From contig NC_043012.1 of assembly GCF_006345805.1 (NCBI RefSeq), forward strand, positions 4,030,001 to 4,094,000: DNA of 64,000 nucleotides, in the 5' to 3' direction. Source of the stretch: Octopus sinensis (taxonomy: Eukaryota). Under the pieces are notes generated by a model. The model did not search any database, was not told the DNA's origin, and saw only the letters and a list, made by a program, of their open reading frames with translations. The stretch's first letter is position 1, and every line of letters starts with the position of its first letter. Shown here one piece after another: positions 25,465-37,821 of the stretch. The position numbers and the translations under genes were made by a program.

Positions 25465-26012
25465 CTACACTCACACATCTTTATATACACATATGCATAC
25501 ACACACACACACACACATATATATGTATATACATATGCATGCAAATATAGACTCACATATGTATAAATATACAATGAACAACAACATCATCAATAACAAC
25601 AACAATAACAGCAACAACTACTACAACAAGAACAGCACTAATAAACTAAAAATCCAGTGTTATATTTAGAATTAGTTATTGATATACCAACCAATTTCCA
25701 CAAAAGCTTTTACAACTCTACACAGATTTTTATATTTTTCTTCTCAATACACTCAATGGCTTTTGGCTTGGTTTCTGACAAAAATGAAGATTAAAAGAAA
25801 TGAAGGGGGAAAAAATACCCCACAACAAAAGAGAATGAAAACATTATTTACTCATTACGAAATGATTGTCGTGACATAGATCCAAGAGTTGCTGTAGAAA
25901 AATCTGCAATTTCAGCTTCTTTTTTCTATTTTCGTCTATTTTTTTTTTTACAGACCTACTGATTGTACTGATTCCGCTCTTTCAAAGATATAACAACAGC
26001 GATGATGACATC

Positions 26013-26048
<36 letters not shown>

Positions 26049-26079
26049 AATAATGGTTTTAAATTTTGGCACAGAGCCA

Positions 26080-26281
26080 GTAAATTCATGGTGGGGGTGC
26101 GGGGTGGGGTAAATCGATTTCATTGATTCTAGGGCTCAACTGGAACTTATTTTATTGACCCCAGCAAAAGGATGGAAGGCAAAGTTAACCATGGCAGAAT
26201 TTGAACTCAGAACACAAAGACAGACGAAATGCTGCCAAGTATTTTGCCCTGCATGCTCACATTTCTGCCATCTCGCCGCCC
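26080..26281 (-). mobile_element. SINE family B, older copy (similar copies at 26725-26935 and 27305-27516)
   Basis: Plus-strand ggatggaaggcaaagttaacc...atttgaactcagaa core. Confidence 0.75.
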
Positions 26282-26338
26282 TAATATTAATAACAACAAC
26301 AACAACAACAACAATAACAATAATAATAATAATAATAA

Positions 26339-26683
26339 CCATAGATATAGCATGCCCAGCTGACAACAAGTTATGTGATAAGGAAGAAAGAAAAGTTAAG
26401 AGATATGACAGGTTAGCTTGTGAAGTTAAGCAGTTGTGGTCGATGAAAAAGGTAGCCGTAGTACCAATAATTGTTGGAGCCCCAGGAACAGTGAGCAAAA
26501 ATCTCGGGATGTACATGGAACAAATAGGGGCTGCAATAAGGGTGGAGCACTTGCAGAAAACAGCACTGCTTGGAACCACTCAAATACTACAAAAGGTGCT
26601 CAAAAAATAAGACGTGTTACCTTAGTTCACTGGTAGTGAACAGCTGACACTGTAGTACATCTCCAGCATTAGCTGTGCAAAGG
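26339..26683 (+). mobile_element. R4/Dong-clade non-LTR retrotransposon 3' fragment (RLE C-terminus plus 3' UTR) in (TAA)n
   Basis: IDIACPADNKLCDKEERKVKRYDRLACEVKQLWSMKKVAVVPIIVGAPGTV...LQKTALLGT; (TAA)n on both sides. Confidence 0.85.
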
Positions 26684-26688
26684 TAATG

Positions 26689-26726
<38 letters not shown>

Positions 26727-27029
26727 TTCAAATTTTTGTCACAAGTGCAGTTTGGGGGAGGTAGGGATGAGCTGATTAAATCAACCCTCCACTGGTACTT
26801 ATTTTATCAACCCTGAAAGGATGAAAGGCAAAGTCAACCTCGGCCAAGTTTGAACTCAGAATGTAAAGAATGTAAAGGTGAAATACCACTGAGCATGTTG
26901 TCCAGCAGGCTAATGATTCTGCCAGCTCATCGCTTTTGCTAACAATTCTGCCTTAATAATAATAATAATAATAATAATATTAATAATAATAATAATGATG
27001 ATGATAATAGTGATGATGATGATCATCAT

Positions 27030-27260
27030 CATCATCATCGTTTAACATCAGCTTTCCATGCTGGCATGGATTGGATGGTTTAACTGAGGACTGGCAAGTC
27101 AGGACAGGCTCCAATCTTGATCTGACAATGTTTCTGCAGCTGGATGCCCTTCCTAACACGAAGCACACTGAGAGTGTAGTGGGTGCTTTTTACATGCCAC
27201 CTACATGGGTGCCAGACAGGTGGCACTGGCATTGGTCACACTTGAATGATGCTTTTTTGT
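27030..27260 (-). mobile_element. Family C RTE 3' end
   Basis: (CAT)n-gtttaacatc...gctggatgcccttcctaac...gtagtgggtgcttttt. Confidence 0.8.
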
Positions 27261-29485
27261 ATGTGGGACTGGCATGTCAGGTGGTACAACAACAACAATA
27301 ATATTCCTTTCTACTGTAGGCACAAGATCTGAAATTTGGGGGAGGAGGCTTGTCAATTACATTGACCTCAGTACTCAGCTGGTACTTATTTTATTGACCT
27401 CAAAAGGATGAAAGGCAAAGTTGACCATGGCAGAATTTGAACTCAGAACATAAGGAGGACGAAATGCCGCTAAGCATTTTGCCTGGTGTGCTAATGATTT
27501 TGCTGGTTCACCACCTTACATTAATATATTATATTGATCGTAATTATATTATAATATTTAGCATAGGAAACTCATTTCGGAGCCATGTAATTCTATAAAC
27601 TCGTGCAGCAGTACACAAGTCAGTGAAATGGAAAATGATTGGCAGCGACATTCACCCCTGACTTATTGTCACCTTTGTAGTACCATATATGACCACAAGG
27701 GGTAAATATGAATATAAAAGTTCAAGTGATCCTTGAGAACCAAAGAGCCATTCCAGTGCTGTGTCAAATTGTAGGTATGGAAACAAAAGCAATGAGATTG
27801 ACAGTGCAGGACTGAATGCCAATTGCCATGCATGCAACAGTAAGTATGAAAATACTGGCTGTAATGTCAATTTTGTAAGTAGTAAGAATATGTAGTGGAT
27901 CTTGCAAGCATGAAGTGGATTCGATCCACCATTGCCAAATTTAAATTAACACTGCAACAGAACTTTTACCATGATGGAACAATGATTTCTCTCTGACAGC
28001 AGTTTTACATTTTCCAGATACCTCTAGCTAGGCCGAAATAATGTCTTCACCACTTGATACTTTCTAACCTCTTCTACATCACCAAAAGCTAGAATAGAGA
28101 TAACAAGATCACCAACTAAATCTATTGTTCTCAATGATATATCTATCCTTCTGGATAGTTATATAAGCAAGCACACTCCAAACAAAAATCAGTTAGTCAT
28201 CGTCGGTAACGACTCAACCAGTCTAGTCACATGGTGACGACTTAATGACAACGAAGTCTGGCTAACCAGCTACAATCTTGGTCAGAAGGAAAAATAAAGT
28301 TTACTGTCAGCAACTGTAAGACAACTCCCTACAAGTCTCTCTAGCTCTAATTCTGTTCTCTTACAACATCATTCTATTCCTCTCTGTATTTACTACTAAA
28401 CAATGAAGAGGACACAAACACAAACTTTACTTTGCATGCTTTTGGATTTATCATAACCTGCCCATCAAGGCAAGGCATTTGTAATGTGACAGTAAATAAA
28501 TACTTTCTTAAAACTTTATGCATTGTTCATCTTTCACATCTTACAGTGTGCAATTATAACAACAAACTTTTATCATTACAATTACTGACTCCAACATTTC
28601 ATAATACTGTTTACTAATCAATTTATCCCGTTACAAATATGACCAACTAGTTACCCTAATTCTTCATCTATACTACTGCTTCTTGTCAGCTCTGATGACT
28701 CTACAAATGGTAATATGTTAGTAACTGGCACCGAGGACAAAATGTAAGTGCAACTGAACAATTCCCTCATTAATGTAAACAGCTACATGGCTTTATCAAC
28801 ATATCCATGTTTTTGTGACTGAGCAGGAATTAATTTTCATATGCATCTAGAGATGTAGAAACAGGATGTACTTGCTGCAGAAGCCAACTGCATTTGTGTC
28901 AGATGCTTTTTGTACTTTGTTTAGGAAACCAGTTACATTTGTCAGCAAGAGTTGTTGGCTTCTACAAGGTGAACAGCTGGCTTCAACATCTCTAGATAAG
29001 CTTGTAAAGACTAATCTGTACACAATCAATAAAGGCTTGAATGGAAGAGATACCAATGCAGTCTAAGAAGCATACAATATTCATGTGGCTGCAGTGTTGC
29101 AATGCTTTACATATTTGCTGGGTCATGTGACACTACTCAATGATCACATGACTAGTATTAATTAACATGGTTACTAGTTGAATAAAGTTGTGGGGAGGGA
29201 CTTGATTCTTCAGAGCACTCAAGCTTCTGGGGGTGAAGAACCATGAACAACTTTAGCTGTGCTTGGTTGATTACTTTCCAGTGAAACTTCATCACTTCAT
29301 TGCTGAACTTGAACAAATGGTTTCCAGACTCATTTTACATAATACAAACACTGTTTATTAAAGTTATTGACAAACAAATTGGTTTCTTTTCCAAATTAGT
29401 TTTTTTATCTTATTTTTAAGTTTGTGTTTTGTTTTTGTATTTTTTTTTGCATGGATAAGTTTTTTTTCCTTTTTATTTTTGATTA

Positions 29486-29785
29486 AATTCATAAATTCAT
29501 TTACGATTTACTGGAAAAGAAGACAAGCTATTTTTGAAAATGATCTTAAGTCAATCCACCCCTCACCCCCTTCCCTCCCCCTTCGTCGTCCTCCCTCCTC
29601 CTCATCATCATCCCCACCATCATCACCACCACCACAATTCATAAATTCATTTACGATTACTGGAAAAGAAGACAAGCTATTTTGAAAATGATCTTAAGTC
29701 AATCCACCCCTCCCCTTCCTCCTCCCCTTCGTCGTCCTCCTCCTCCTCATCATCATCCCCCCACCACCATCACACCACCACCACA
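29486..29785. repeat. ~150-bp tandem duplication
   Basis: aattcataaattcatttacg...caccaccac occurs twice; copies differ mostly in homopolymer lengths. Confidence 0.85.
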
Positions 29786-30446
29786 ACCACAATCACAACC
29801 ACGACCACCACGACCACCACGACCACCACGACCACCACCACCACGACCACCACCACTGCCACCGCCGCCACCGCCGCCGCCACCACCACCATCACCACAA
29901 CCACTACCAATGCCGCTACCATCGTTGCCACTGCCATCACTGCCACTGCAACCACCGGCACAGCCATCATGGTTTTTTACACATCAACACAATCATCATC
30001 GCCACCACCATCATCATCATCTCATCCACTCCATCAATAATAAGACTTACTACTAATACCATCAACATTGGTGGCTTCATCAACGGCATCATTAAATAAC
30101 TGTCATTTGTTTTCTCTTTCATGCTTCAATGTGTTTGATGGAAATGGCTGTAGCACAGTTGCTATAGCAACTGTACCGTAGTGTGATAACATTATGAGTA
30201 TCAGAACAATGAAGTTTTACGGTTGGATGCCCTTCCTTAGAGCAACCACTAATATGTGGAGAATAAGAGAAAGAGAGAGAGAGGATAATGGAGATATAAT
30301 ATGCATTCATTATGTGTGTGTGTGTGTGCAACCCAAGAACTATATATATAATATAGTTCTTGGGGATTGCATCCAAGACTGGGACTCAAAAAAAAGATTC
30401 ATATGTATTATTTATGTTAATGTATATATAAATATATATATAATAT

Positions 30447-30481
<35 letters not shown>

Positions 30482-30597
30482 ATAATATGTATATATATAT
30501 ATATTGTGTGTATATTATATATATAATATATATATATATACATATGTGTGTGTATATGTATAAATATATATATGTATACATATGTGTGTGTGTGTGC

Positions 30598-30657
<60 letters not shown>

Positions 30658-30680
30658 ATAAATATATATATATATATGTG

Positions 30681-30900
30681 TAACCAAGTGCACACATGAA
30701 TGCTGGCACAAACGTGAGTTTATAATTAGGGTAAATAAGTTGTTGGTTTCCAAACAGTTGTCCATAAGTGATCTCACAGATTTTCAATGAAATGCTGATA
30801 TTCTCTGGAAAGCTAACCTCTATCAAGTGCATCGTTTATTTTTCCATTTTTGTTTTTCCATACCAGACAACTCCATTGTGCTGTTGTGGCTGTATTTGCT
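30681..30900 (-). mobile_element. Decayed RLE-type non-LTR fragment (R2/R4/NeSL group)
   Basis: LIEVSFPENISISLKICEITYGQLFGNQQLIYPNYKLTFVPAFMCALGY resembles the RLE IE.S.P...K...Y..L...P...GALG motif. Confidence 0.65.
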
Positions 30901-30929
30901 GACGGTTTTTAATAGACTGATGAATTACG

Positions 30930-31162
30930 TATTTATTCTTAATATGTTCTGCCGGATTTGAACACAAATATGCTAGTGACCGTTGTGCAAAGGACTTGGG
31001 GATGCTGGTGATTCAACACTGGCTGTTTCCTTCGTATTAATGAGCCGAGTGTGTTACAAATACATTGTCTTTGTAAAAAGGAGAAGTTGTCCTCCTGTGA
31101 CATACACGACAGTAACAAACATATTTGCGTTTGAATCTGCCAGAACATATTAAGAATAAATA
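30930..31162. mobile_element. MITE-like element with ~43-bp terminal inverted repeats
   Basis: tatttattcttaatatgttctgccggatttgaacacaaatatg / catatttgcgtttgaatctgccagaacatattaagaataaata. Confidence 0.6.
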
Positions 31163-31244
31163 ATATGCAAATCGTTGCTTCTGATCTCACTGTACACAGT
31201 GAAAATAATGATATTAATGAAATTTTCCTCATGGCATTCTGGCT

Positions 31245-31519
31245 AGGCCTACTTGTGAAATTAACATGCAAGTGGCTGAGCACTCCACAGACATGTGTAC
31301 CCTTAATGGAGTTCGCAGGGAGAAGATTCAGCATGACACAACAAATGTGATAAGTCCGGCCCCTTGAACTACAAGTACAACTCATTTTTGCTTACTGACT
31401 GGACTGGAGTAACATGAAATAAAGTGTCTTGCTCAAGGACACAATGCACCACCAAAAGTTGAACTCATAACCTTACGATCACAATCTCAATACATTAGCC
31501 ACAAAGCCATGCATCTTCA
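31245..31519 (-). mobile_element. SINE family D, diverged
   Basis: Homologous to 10640-10942. Confidence 0.75.
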
Positions 31520-31708
31520 AGTATCCTATATCATTTCAGTGAAGGATGGCGATACCTTGATGACATTTTGAGGCAGTTGTTGGTTATGTAGATGTAATGG
31601 TTTCCAGTGAAATGTCATTTAATTGACATTTTCCATTACATTTTGAGTAATCATTTTGTTACCATATTTCTGTTAAAATACTCTTCATTTGAATTAATTT
31701 TGAAAGTA

Positions 31709-32122
31709 CTCTTTTACTCTTTTACTTTTTTAATTGTTTCAGTCATTTGACTGTGGCCATGCTGGAGCACCGCCCTTAGTCGAGCAAATCGACCCAGGAC
31801 TTATTCTTTGTAAGCCTAGTACTTATTCTATCAGTCTCTTTTGCCAAACCGCTAATTTATGGGGACGTGAACACACCAGCATTGGTTGTTAAGCAATGTT
31901 AGTGGGGACAAACACAGACATACAAACACACACATACATATATATATATATACACATATATACGATGGGCTTCTTTCAGTTTCCGTCTATGAAATCCACT
32001 CACAAGGCTTTGGTCGGACCAAGGCTATAGTAGAAGACACTTGCCCAAGGTGCCATGCAGTGGGACTGAACGCAGAACCATGTGGTTCGTAAGCAAGCTA
32101 CTTACCACACTGCCACTCCTAT
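31709..32122 (-). mobile_element. SINE family A
   Basis: Full reverse-complement copy. Confidence 0.9.
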
Positions 32123-32305
32123 GTCTATGTAGAAGTAATGAAGAATTTTAGTGAAATATTTTTGTTGTTATTAAGTGTGTGTTTGGAACATGAATTAACA
32201 TGAAATTTTGATGAAAGGTTTTAATTTAAATCGCTTTAAAATATGTTCGTTAGTTCATTGTTCATTAGTTATATAGCAGGAACCTTTTGTCCTTTGGACT
32301 TAAAA

Positions 32306-32935
32306 CCCTTTAGCATTCAAATTGATTACATCCAGCCCAATTATTCTACCTGCTTTATATTCAAACTGGTGAGATCCAGCCTCTCAAACATACCCTACAA
32401 CATCATTCTAAACACAAGCAATCACATACGCTCTCTTTTTACTCTTTTACTTGTTTCAGTCATTTGACTGCGGCCATGGAGCACCACCTTTAGTCGAAAC
32501 AAATCGACCCCGGGACTTATTCTTTGTAAGCCTAGTACTTATTCTATGGGTCTCTTTTTCTGAACCACTAAGTATTGGTTGTCAGGCGATGTTGGGGGGA
32601 CAAACACAGATACACAACACACACATATATGTATATATATATATGTGTATATACAAATATATATACATATATACAATGGGCTTCTTTCAGTTTCCATCTA
32701 CCAAATCTGCTCACAAGGCTTTCGTCAGCCTGAGGCTATAGTTAAGACACTTGCCCAAGGTGCCATGCAGTGGGACTGAACCCGGAACCATGTGGTTGGT
32801 AAGCAAGCTACTTACCACACAGCCACTCCTGCACCATGATCAAAATTTTGATGTGATGAAACAATGTTTGATTAATTCCAATCAATGGGAATAAATAAGC
32901 ATTACATTTGATTAGGTGATTTGAATGCCAAAGGG
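32306..32935. mobile_element. piggyBac-like MITE interrupted by SINE A (32431-32833, minus)
   Basis: TIRs ccctttagcattcaaat / atttgaatgccaaaggg followed by TTAA. Confidence 0.65.
32431..32833 (-). mobile_element. SINE family A
   Basis: Reverse-complement copy with a small internal deletion. Confidence 0.9.
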
Positions 32936-33592
32936 TTAAATCATGACTTATGAAATGCGAGGTGAGACAATGTAGTGGTTACAGATCTAAGGGAGTCCTT
33001 TCCATGTCAATGTCCTACAGTTTGTAATTTTCATAATCATACACACACACATGCACACACACACATGCACACACACACATGCACACACACACATGCACAC
33101 ACACACATGCACACACACACATACACATGAATACTTGATCACTGCCATCGTCATGATCATGATCATGATGATGATCATCATCATTACCATCATTGTCGTA
33201 GTTGTCATTGTCAGCATCATTGTCTACATCATTATCGTCAACATCATCACATTGTCATTGTTGTCATCATCATCATCGTCATCACCATCACCATCACCAT
33301 CCTCATTATTGCTGTCATTGCTATGATCACCATCATTGTTTTTACGTCTGATATTTCCATGAGGCTGTATTCTAAGGCTGGATGGCATTTCTGAAGCCAA
33401 TCTTTGCCTGTTTTCACATAAAGTATTTTCTCTTATGTCTTAACACATGAAAGCACTAAACTGTTAAGCTTTTTGTTTAGATGAAACATAGACAATGTCA
33501 GCACTGTGCAATGAGAAGCATCAATGCACAGGCATGGAGAGACAAGCACATATGTATGCATGCGCTCACATACACACGTATGTGTATGTATG

Positions 33593-33636
<44 letters not shown>

Positions 33637-33637
<1 letters not shown>

Positions 33638-33840
33638 ATAAAACGGTAAGATAACAAAAGAAAGAAAGAGACCTCAATGTTATGTAAATAGAGGAAATTT
33701 ATCTATACAATAATATGTTACATTACTCGATAGTCAAGATAAAACTCTGAGTTTCAGATGGCGAAGTGGAAATCCACAACACCATCTCTTCGGTTATCTG
33801 GCTATAAATAGCCAGATATGTAACATATTATTGTATAGAT
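33637..33840 (-). mobile_element. PLE-like remnant with 23-bp inverted repeat and hammerhead, in (TA)n
   Basis: atctatacaataatatgttacat / atgtaacatattattgtatagat flank the hammerhead fold. Confidence 0.65.
33737..33799 (-). ncRNA. Type I hammerhead ribozyme candidate (U4 to C, extended stem II)
   Basis: AGAUAA-CCGAAGA-GAUGGUG-uu-GUGGA-uu-UCCAC-uu-CGCCAUC-U-GAAA-CUC-A-GAG-UU-UUAUCU. Confidence 0.65.
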
Positions 33841-33846
33841 ATATAT

Positions 33847-33903
<57 letters not shown>

Positions 33904-33907
<4 letters not shown>

Positions 33908-35181
33908 GCTGTCCGGAAAGTTCATGCTGATTTTTAAAGGAAAGAAAAGGTCAATAAATACTTGCCATTACATTTTTAATCAACCAAATATGAACCATTT
34001 TGTTGCACAATGCATCTCCATCTTTCCCTTAACTTGAAAATACCCTCTTCCCAGACCTGAGGTGGTTTCATGGCAAAGAATTCATCAAGGTATCTTTTTA
34101 CGTCATCCAAGGAATTGAAATTTTTACCATTAAGACTATTCTGCAGAGACCTGAATAAGTGGAAATCCAAAGGAACAATATCTGGTTAATATGGAGGGTG
34201 GGGTAACACATCCCAGCCGAGCTGCAGCAATTTTTTCTGGTTCCCAAAGAAACGTGCAGTCTTGCATTATCATGTTGGAAAACAGCACCCTTCCCATTGG
34301 CCAATTCTGGACGTTTCTCTTGAATTGCTGCTTTTAACTCATCCAGTTGTGTGCAGTATTTCTCAGAATTAATTGTCTGGTTACTTGAGAAAGGCTCATA
34401 GTACAGAATTCCTTTTCAATCCCACCAGACACAAAGCAAGACTTTTTTAGGGTGAAGACCCGCTTTTGGGGTGGCTAAGGGTGGCTCATGTTGCTTACTC
34501 CATGATTGCTTTCTCTGAACATTTTCATAGATAATCCATTTCTCATCACCTGTCACAATTTGCTTTAAAAAAGGCTCATTTTCATTCTGTTTATAAAGTG
34601 AATCACAAATGGAAATGCGATCCAAAAGGTTCTTCTCACCCAACTCATGTGATACCCAAACATCGTAGCGATTTGTGTACCCAAGCTTTACCAGGTGCTC
34701 ATGAACAATGGATTGTAATAGGTTGAGGTTTTCTGCCAATTCTTGGGTTGTGCAATATGGATTATTCTCAATTAATGACTTGATTTGGTCATCATCTGTA
34801 GTGGATGGTCTACCTGATTGCTCTTTATCAATAAGGCTACAATCTCCAGCACGGAACCTTGTGAACCACTGCCGTACTGTTCTTTCAGATAAAGAAACAT
34901 TGCCATAAACTGTGTATATTTCTTTGGTTGCTTGTGAGGCATTTTTCCTTTTACAGAAAAAGAAAAGCATCAAGTGTTGAAAATGAACTTTCTTATCTTC
35001 CATTTTAAAGGGTTACAGAATTAACACAGGTTATAGGAACATAAACCTTCTGCCACGAAAAGATAGCTTAAACTGTGCTCAAAATAGAGGTGAAGTCAAA
35101 TCCTATTTTATGGACTCAACCATGTTCTAAAATAAGTCAAAAGGTAAGCTACTATAAATCGGCCCGAACTTTCTGGACATC

Positions 35182-35185
<4 letters not shown>
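33904..35185 (-). mobile_element. Full-length mariner transposon (1282 bp), inactive
   Basis: TIRs ttgggctgtccggaaagttc / gaactttctggacatcccaa; TA-flanked within (TA)n; typical mariner length. Confidence 0.95.
33976..35003 (-). pseudogene. Mariner D,D34D-type transposase pseudogene
   Basis: WVSHEL, IVTGDEKW, HDNARLH and HPPY*PDIVPLDFHLF motifs; stop after WWD, frameshift near 34230, stop within YSPD. Confidence 0.95.
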
Positions 35186-35223
<38 letters not shown>

Positions 35224-35296
35224 ATATATATATATATATACGTTTAAATATTTGTTATGAAAGATTTTTTATGTGAAGTCGTGTGTTGAAACAGAA

Positions 35297-35520
35297 ATTG
35301 TTATATTTCGGAATGGTCATATTGCCAGTTTAGCCAATAAAAACACACGCACTATATATTTGGTGTTATTTTGCTTCAGTGTTATTTATTTTTTACATTA
35401 ATCTTAATCTTAAGATTAAGATTAATGTAAAAAATAAATAACACTGAAGCAAAATAACACCAAATATATAGTGCGTGTGTTTTTATTGGCTAAACTGGCA
35501 ATATGACCATTCCGAAATAT

Positions 35521-35526
<6 letters not shown>
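35297..35526. repeat. Perfect 230-bp palindrome without spacer
   Basis: Centre ctt|aag at 35411/35412; 115-bp arms complementary out to attgttatatttcgg / ccgaaatataacaat. Confidence 0.95.
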
Positions 35527-35587
<61 letters not shown>

Positions 35588-35605
35588 ATATATATAAATA
35601 TATAA

Positions 35606-35645
<40 letters not shown>

Positions 35646-35648
35646 TTC

Positions 35649-35685
<37 letters not shown>

Positions 35686-36044
35686 ATATATAATATATAT
35701 ATAACACACAAAAAAATAAAACTACACGTAGAAAAGTAAAAGAAAAAAAGCGAAAATGCACATTGAATATCAAAAAAAAAAATTTTTTTTAATATAAAAG
35801 TAGCGATAAATAAATACAATTAGATGAACTGAGGTAGAATTAAGAGGAATTAAATTCACTATTTTGAATTGTTAAAGAGATTCAAAGTCAAACCGGTGTT
35901 GTCATTACTGTTCACTGGCTTTGAATGTACACCGATTATATATATATATCTTTTATCTTATATCTTTTACTTGTTTCAGTCATTAAACTATAGTCATGTG
36001 TGTATGTGTGTGTCTACCTGTGTGTGTGTATATATATATATATA

Positions 36045-36640
36045 TCATCATCATCATCGTTTAACATCTGTTTTCCATGCTAGCATGGGTTAGACAGTTT
36101 GACTGATGTCTGGAAAGCCAGGAGGCTGCACCAGGCTCCAATTTGATCTGGCAATGTTTCTACAGCTGGATGCCCTTCCTAGTGCCAACCACTCCGAAAG
36201 TGTAGTGGTTGCTTTTTATGTGCCACCAGTACAGGAGCCAGTCAAGGGGCACTGGCCTCAGAGTCAGGGTGCACTGGCCATAGGACCAGGGGGCACTTAC
36301 AACAGTCATATATATATTGCTGAAAACTTTTTCCATTATAAGGATAAAGTACTCAATCTTTTTGCTGTTTCCATGGAAGGGCATCCAACTGTAAAAACCA
36401 TACAAAAAATGGCCTCGCCTATGTTTGTGCCACATAAAATGCACTTAGTCCACTCTGCTGGGTGGTTGATGTTAGGAAGAGCATCCAGCTGTAAAATCCC
36501 TGCCAAAACAGACACAGATGTCTGGTTCAGGCTCCTGCCTGGCCAGCTCCTGCATGTTCAGCTCCTGCGTGTTCAGCTCCTGCCTGGCCAGCTTCTGACA
36601 AACTGTCCAATCCATGCCAGCATGGAGAGCGAATGTTAAA
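36045..36640. mobile_element. Two family C tails in opposite orientation (36045-36280 minus; 36420-36640 plus)
   Basis: gctggatgcccttcct versus aggaagagcatccagctgtaaaa blocks. Confidence 0.7.
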
Positions 36641-37114
36641 TGAAAGGAGAAGAAAGAAGTGTATGTATTTATTAGCAATGGACATCCACACAGTCTCCAT
36701 CTACTAAATTTCACCCTCAAGTAATCGGTCAACTTGACGCTAGAGGCGAAGGCATCTATCCAAGGATCCCTACAGTGGCACTGAGCCCAAAACCTTGTGC
36801 TTGCTAAGTAAACTTGCTTACCACACAACCACGTGTGCACTTCGATAAGTGTGTATGTGTGTGTGTTTATGTATGAATCAATGTGCTTATGTCTAGATTC
36901 AAGCTGCTTAAACTAATACAAAGATTCAGAGATACACCCACACACAACACAGTCTTTTGTTATTGATTTTCGTTTGTTTTGTTTCTTTTATTAGTTCTTT
37001 TCCCACCTTTGAAGTCCAACTAGAAAGTTAATGTTGTCAGTCAAGGATACACACACACACATACACATACACACGTACACATCTCCCACACATGCACGTG
37101 TATGTATACATATA

Positions 37115-37149
<35 letters not shown>

Positions 37150-37155
<6 letters not shown>

Positions 37156-37191
37156 ATCTGTCTGTCTGTCAGTCTGTCTGTTTGTCATTCA

Positions 37192-37251
<60 letters not shown>

Positions 37252-37276
37252 GTCTATCTGTCTATCTATCTATCTG

Positions 37277-37331
<55 letters not shown>

Positions 37332-37336
37332 GTCTG

Positions 37337-37391
<55 letters not shown>

Positions 37392-37396
37392 GTCTG

Positions 37397-37451
<55 letters not shown>

Positions 37452-37487
37452 GTCTGTCTATCTATCTATCCGTCTATTTATCTATCT
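37150..37487. repeat. (ATCT)n / (GTCT)n microsatellite
   Basis: Direct reading; 60-bp higher-order period at 37271-37450. Confidence 0.95.
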
Positions 37488-37790
37488 CCACACACACACA
37501 CATACACATGCATTACACACACACACAAAGACACACACATATATGTAATATATACATACAGATATAATATACATACATACATACACACATAAACACACAC
37601 GTTATATGTACATACAGAAATATATATATACATACATACATACATACACACACACACATGCACACGCACGCACATACACACACACACATATATACATGTA
37701 TGCATGTGTGTATGTGCATTGGTCAACAAAAGCTAGTTTGACCAGTTTCTTTTTAAACTCACGTCTGATACTGACAGTCATTCATGAATG

Positions 37791-37821
<31 letters not shown>

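Noticed and set aside
29486-29785. 150-bp tandem duplication as a biological novelty
   Set aside because: Copies differ mainly by homopolymer indels, the signature of long-read consensus error; kept only as a repeat feature
29682-30056. Proline-rich 124-aa ORF
   Set aside because: Translation of (CCA)n/(CCG)n tracts; no domain or splice evidence
34416-35003. 195-aa ORF as a functional SETMAR-like or domesticated gene
   Set aside because: It is the 5' part of a mariner transposase broken by stops and a frameshift, still within its TIRs
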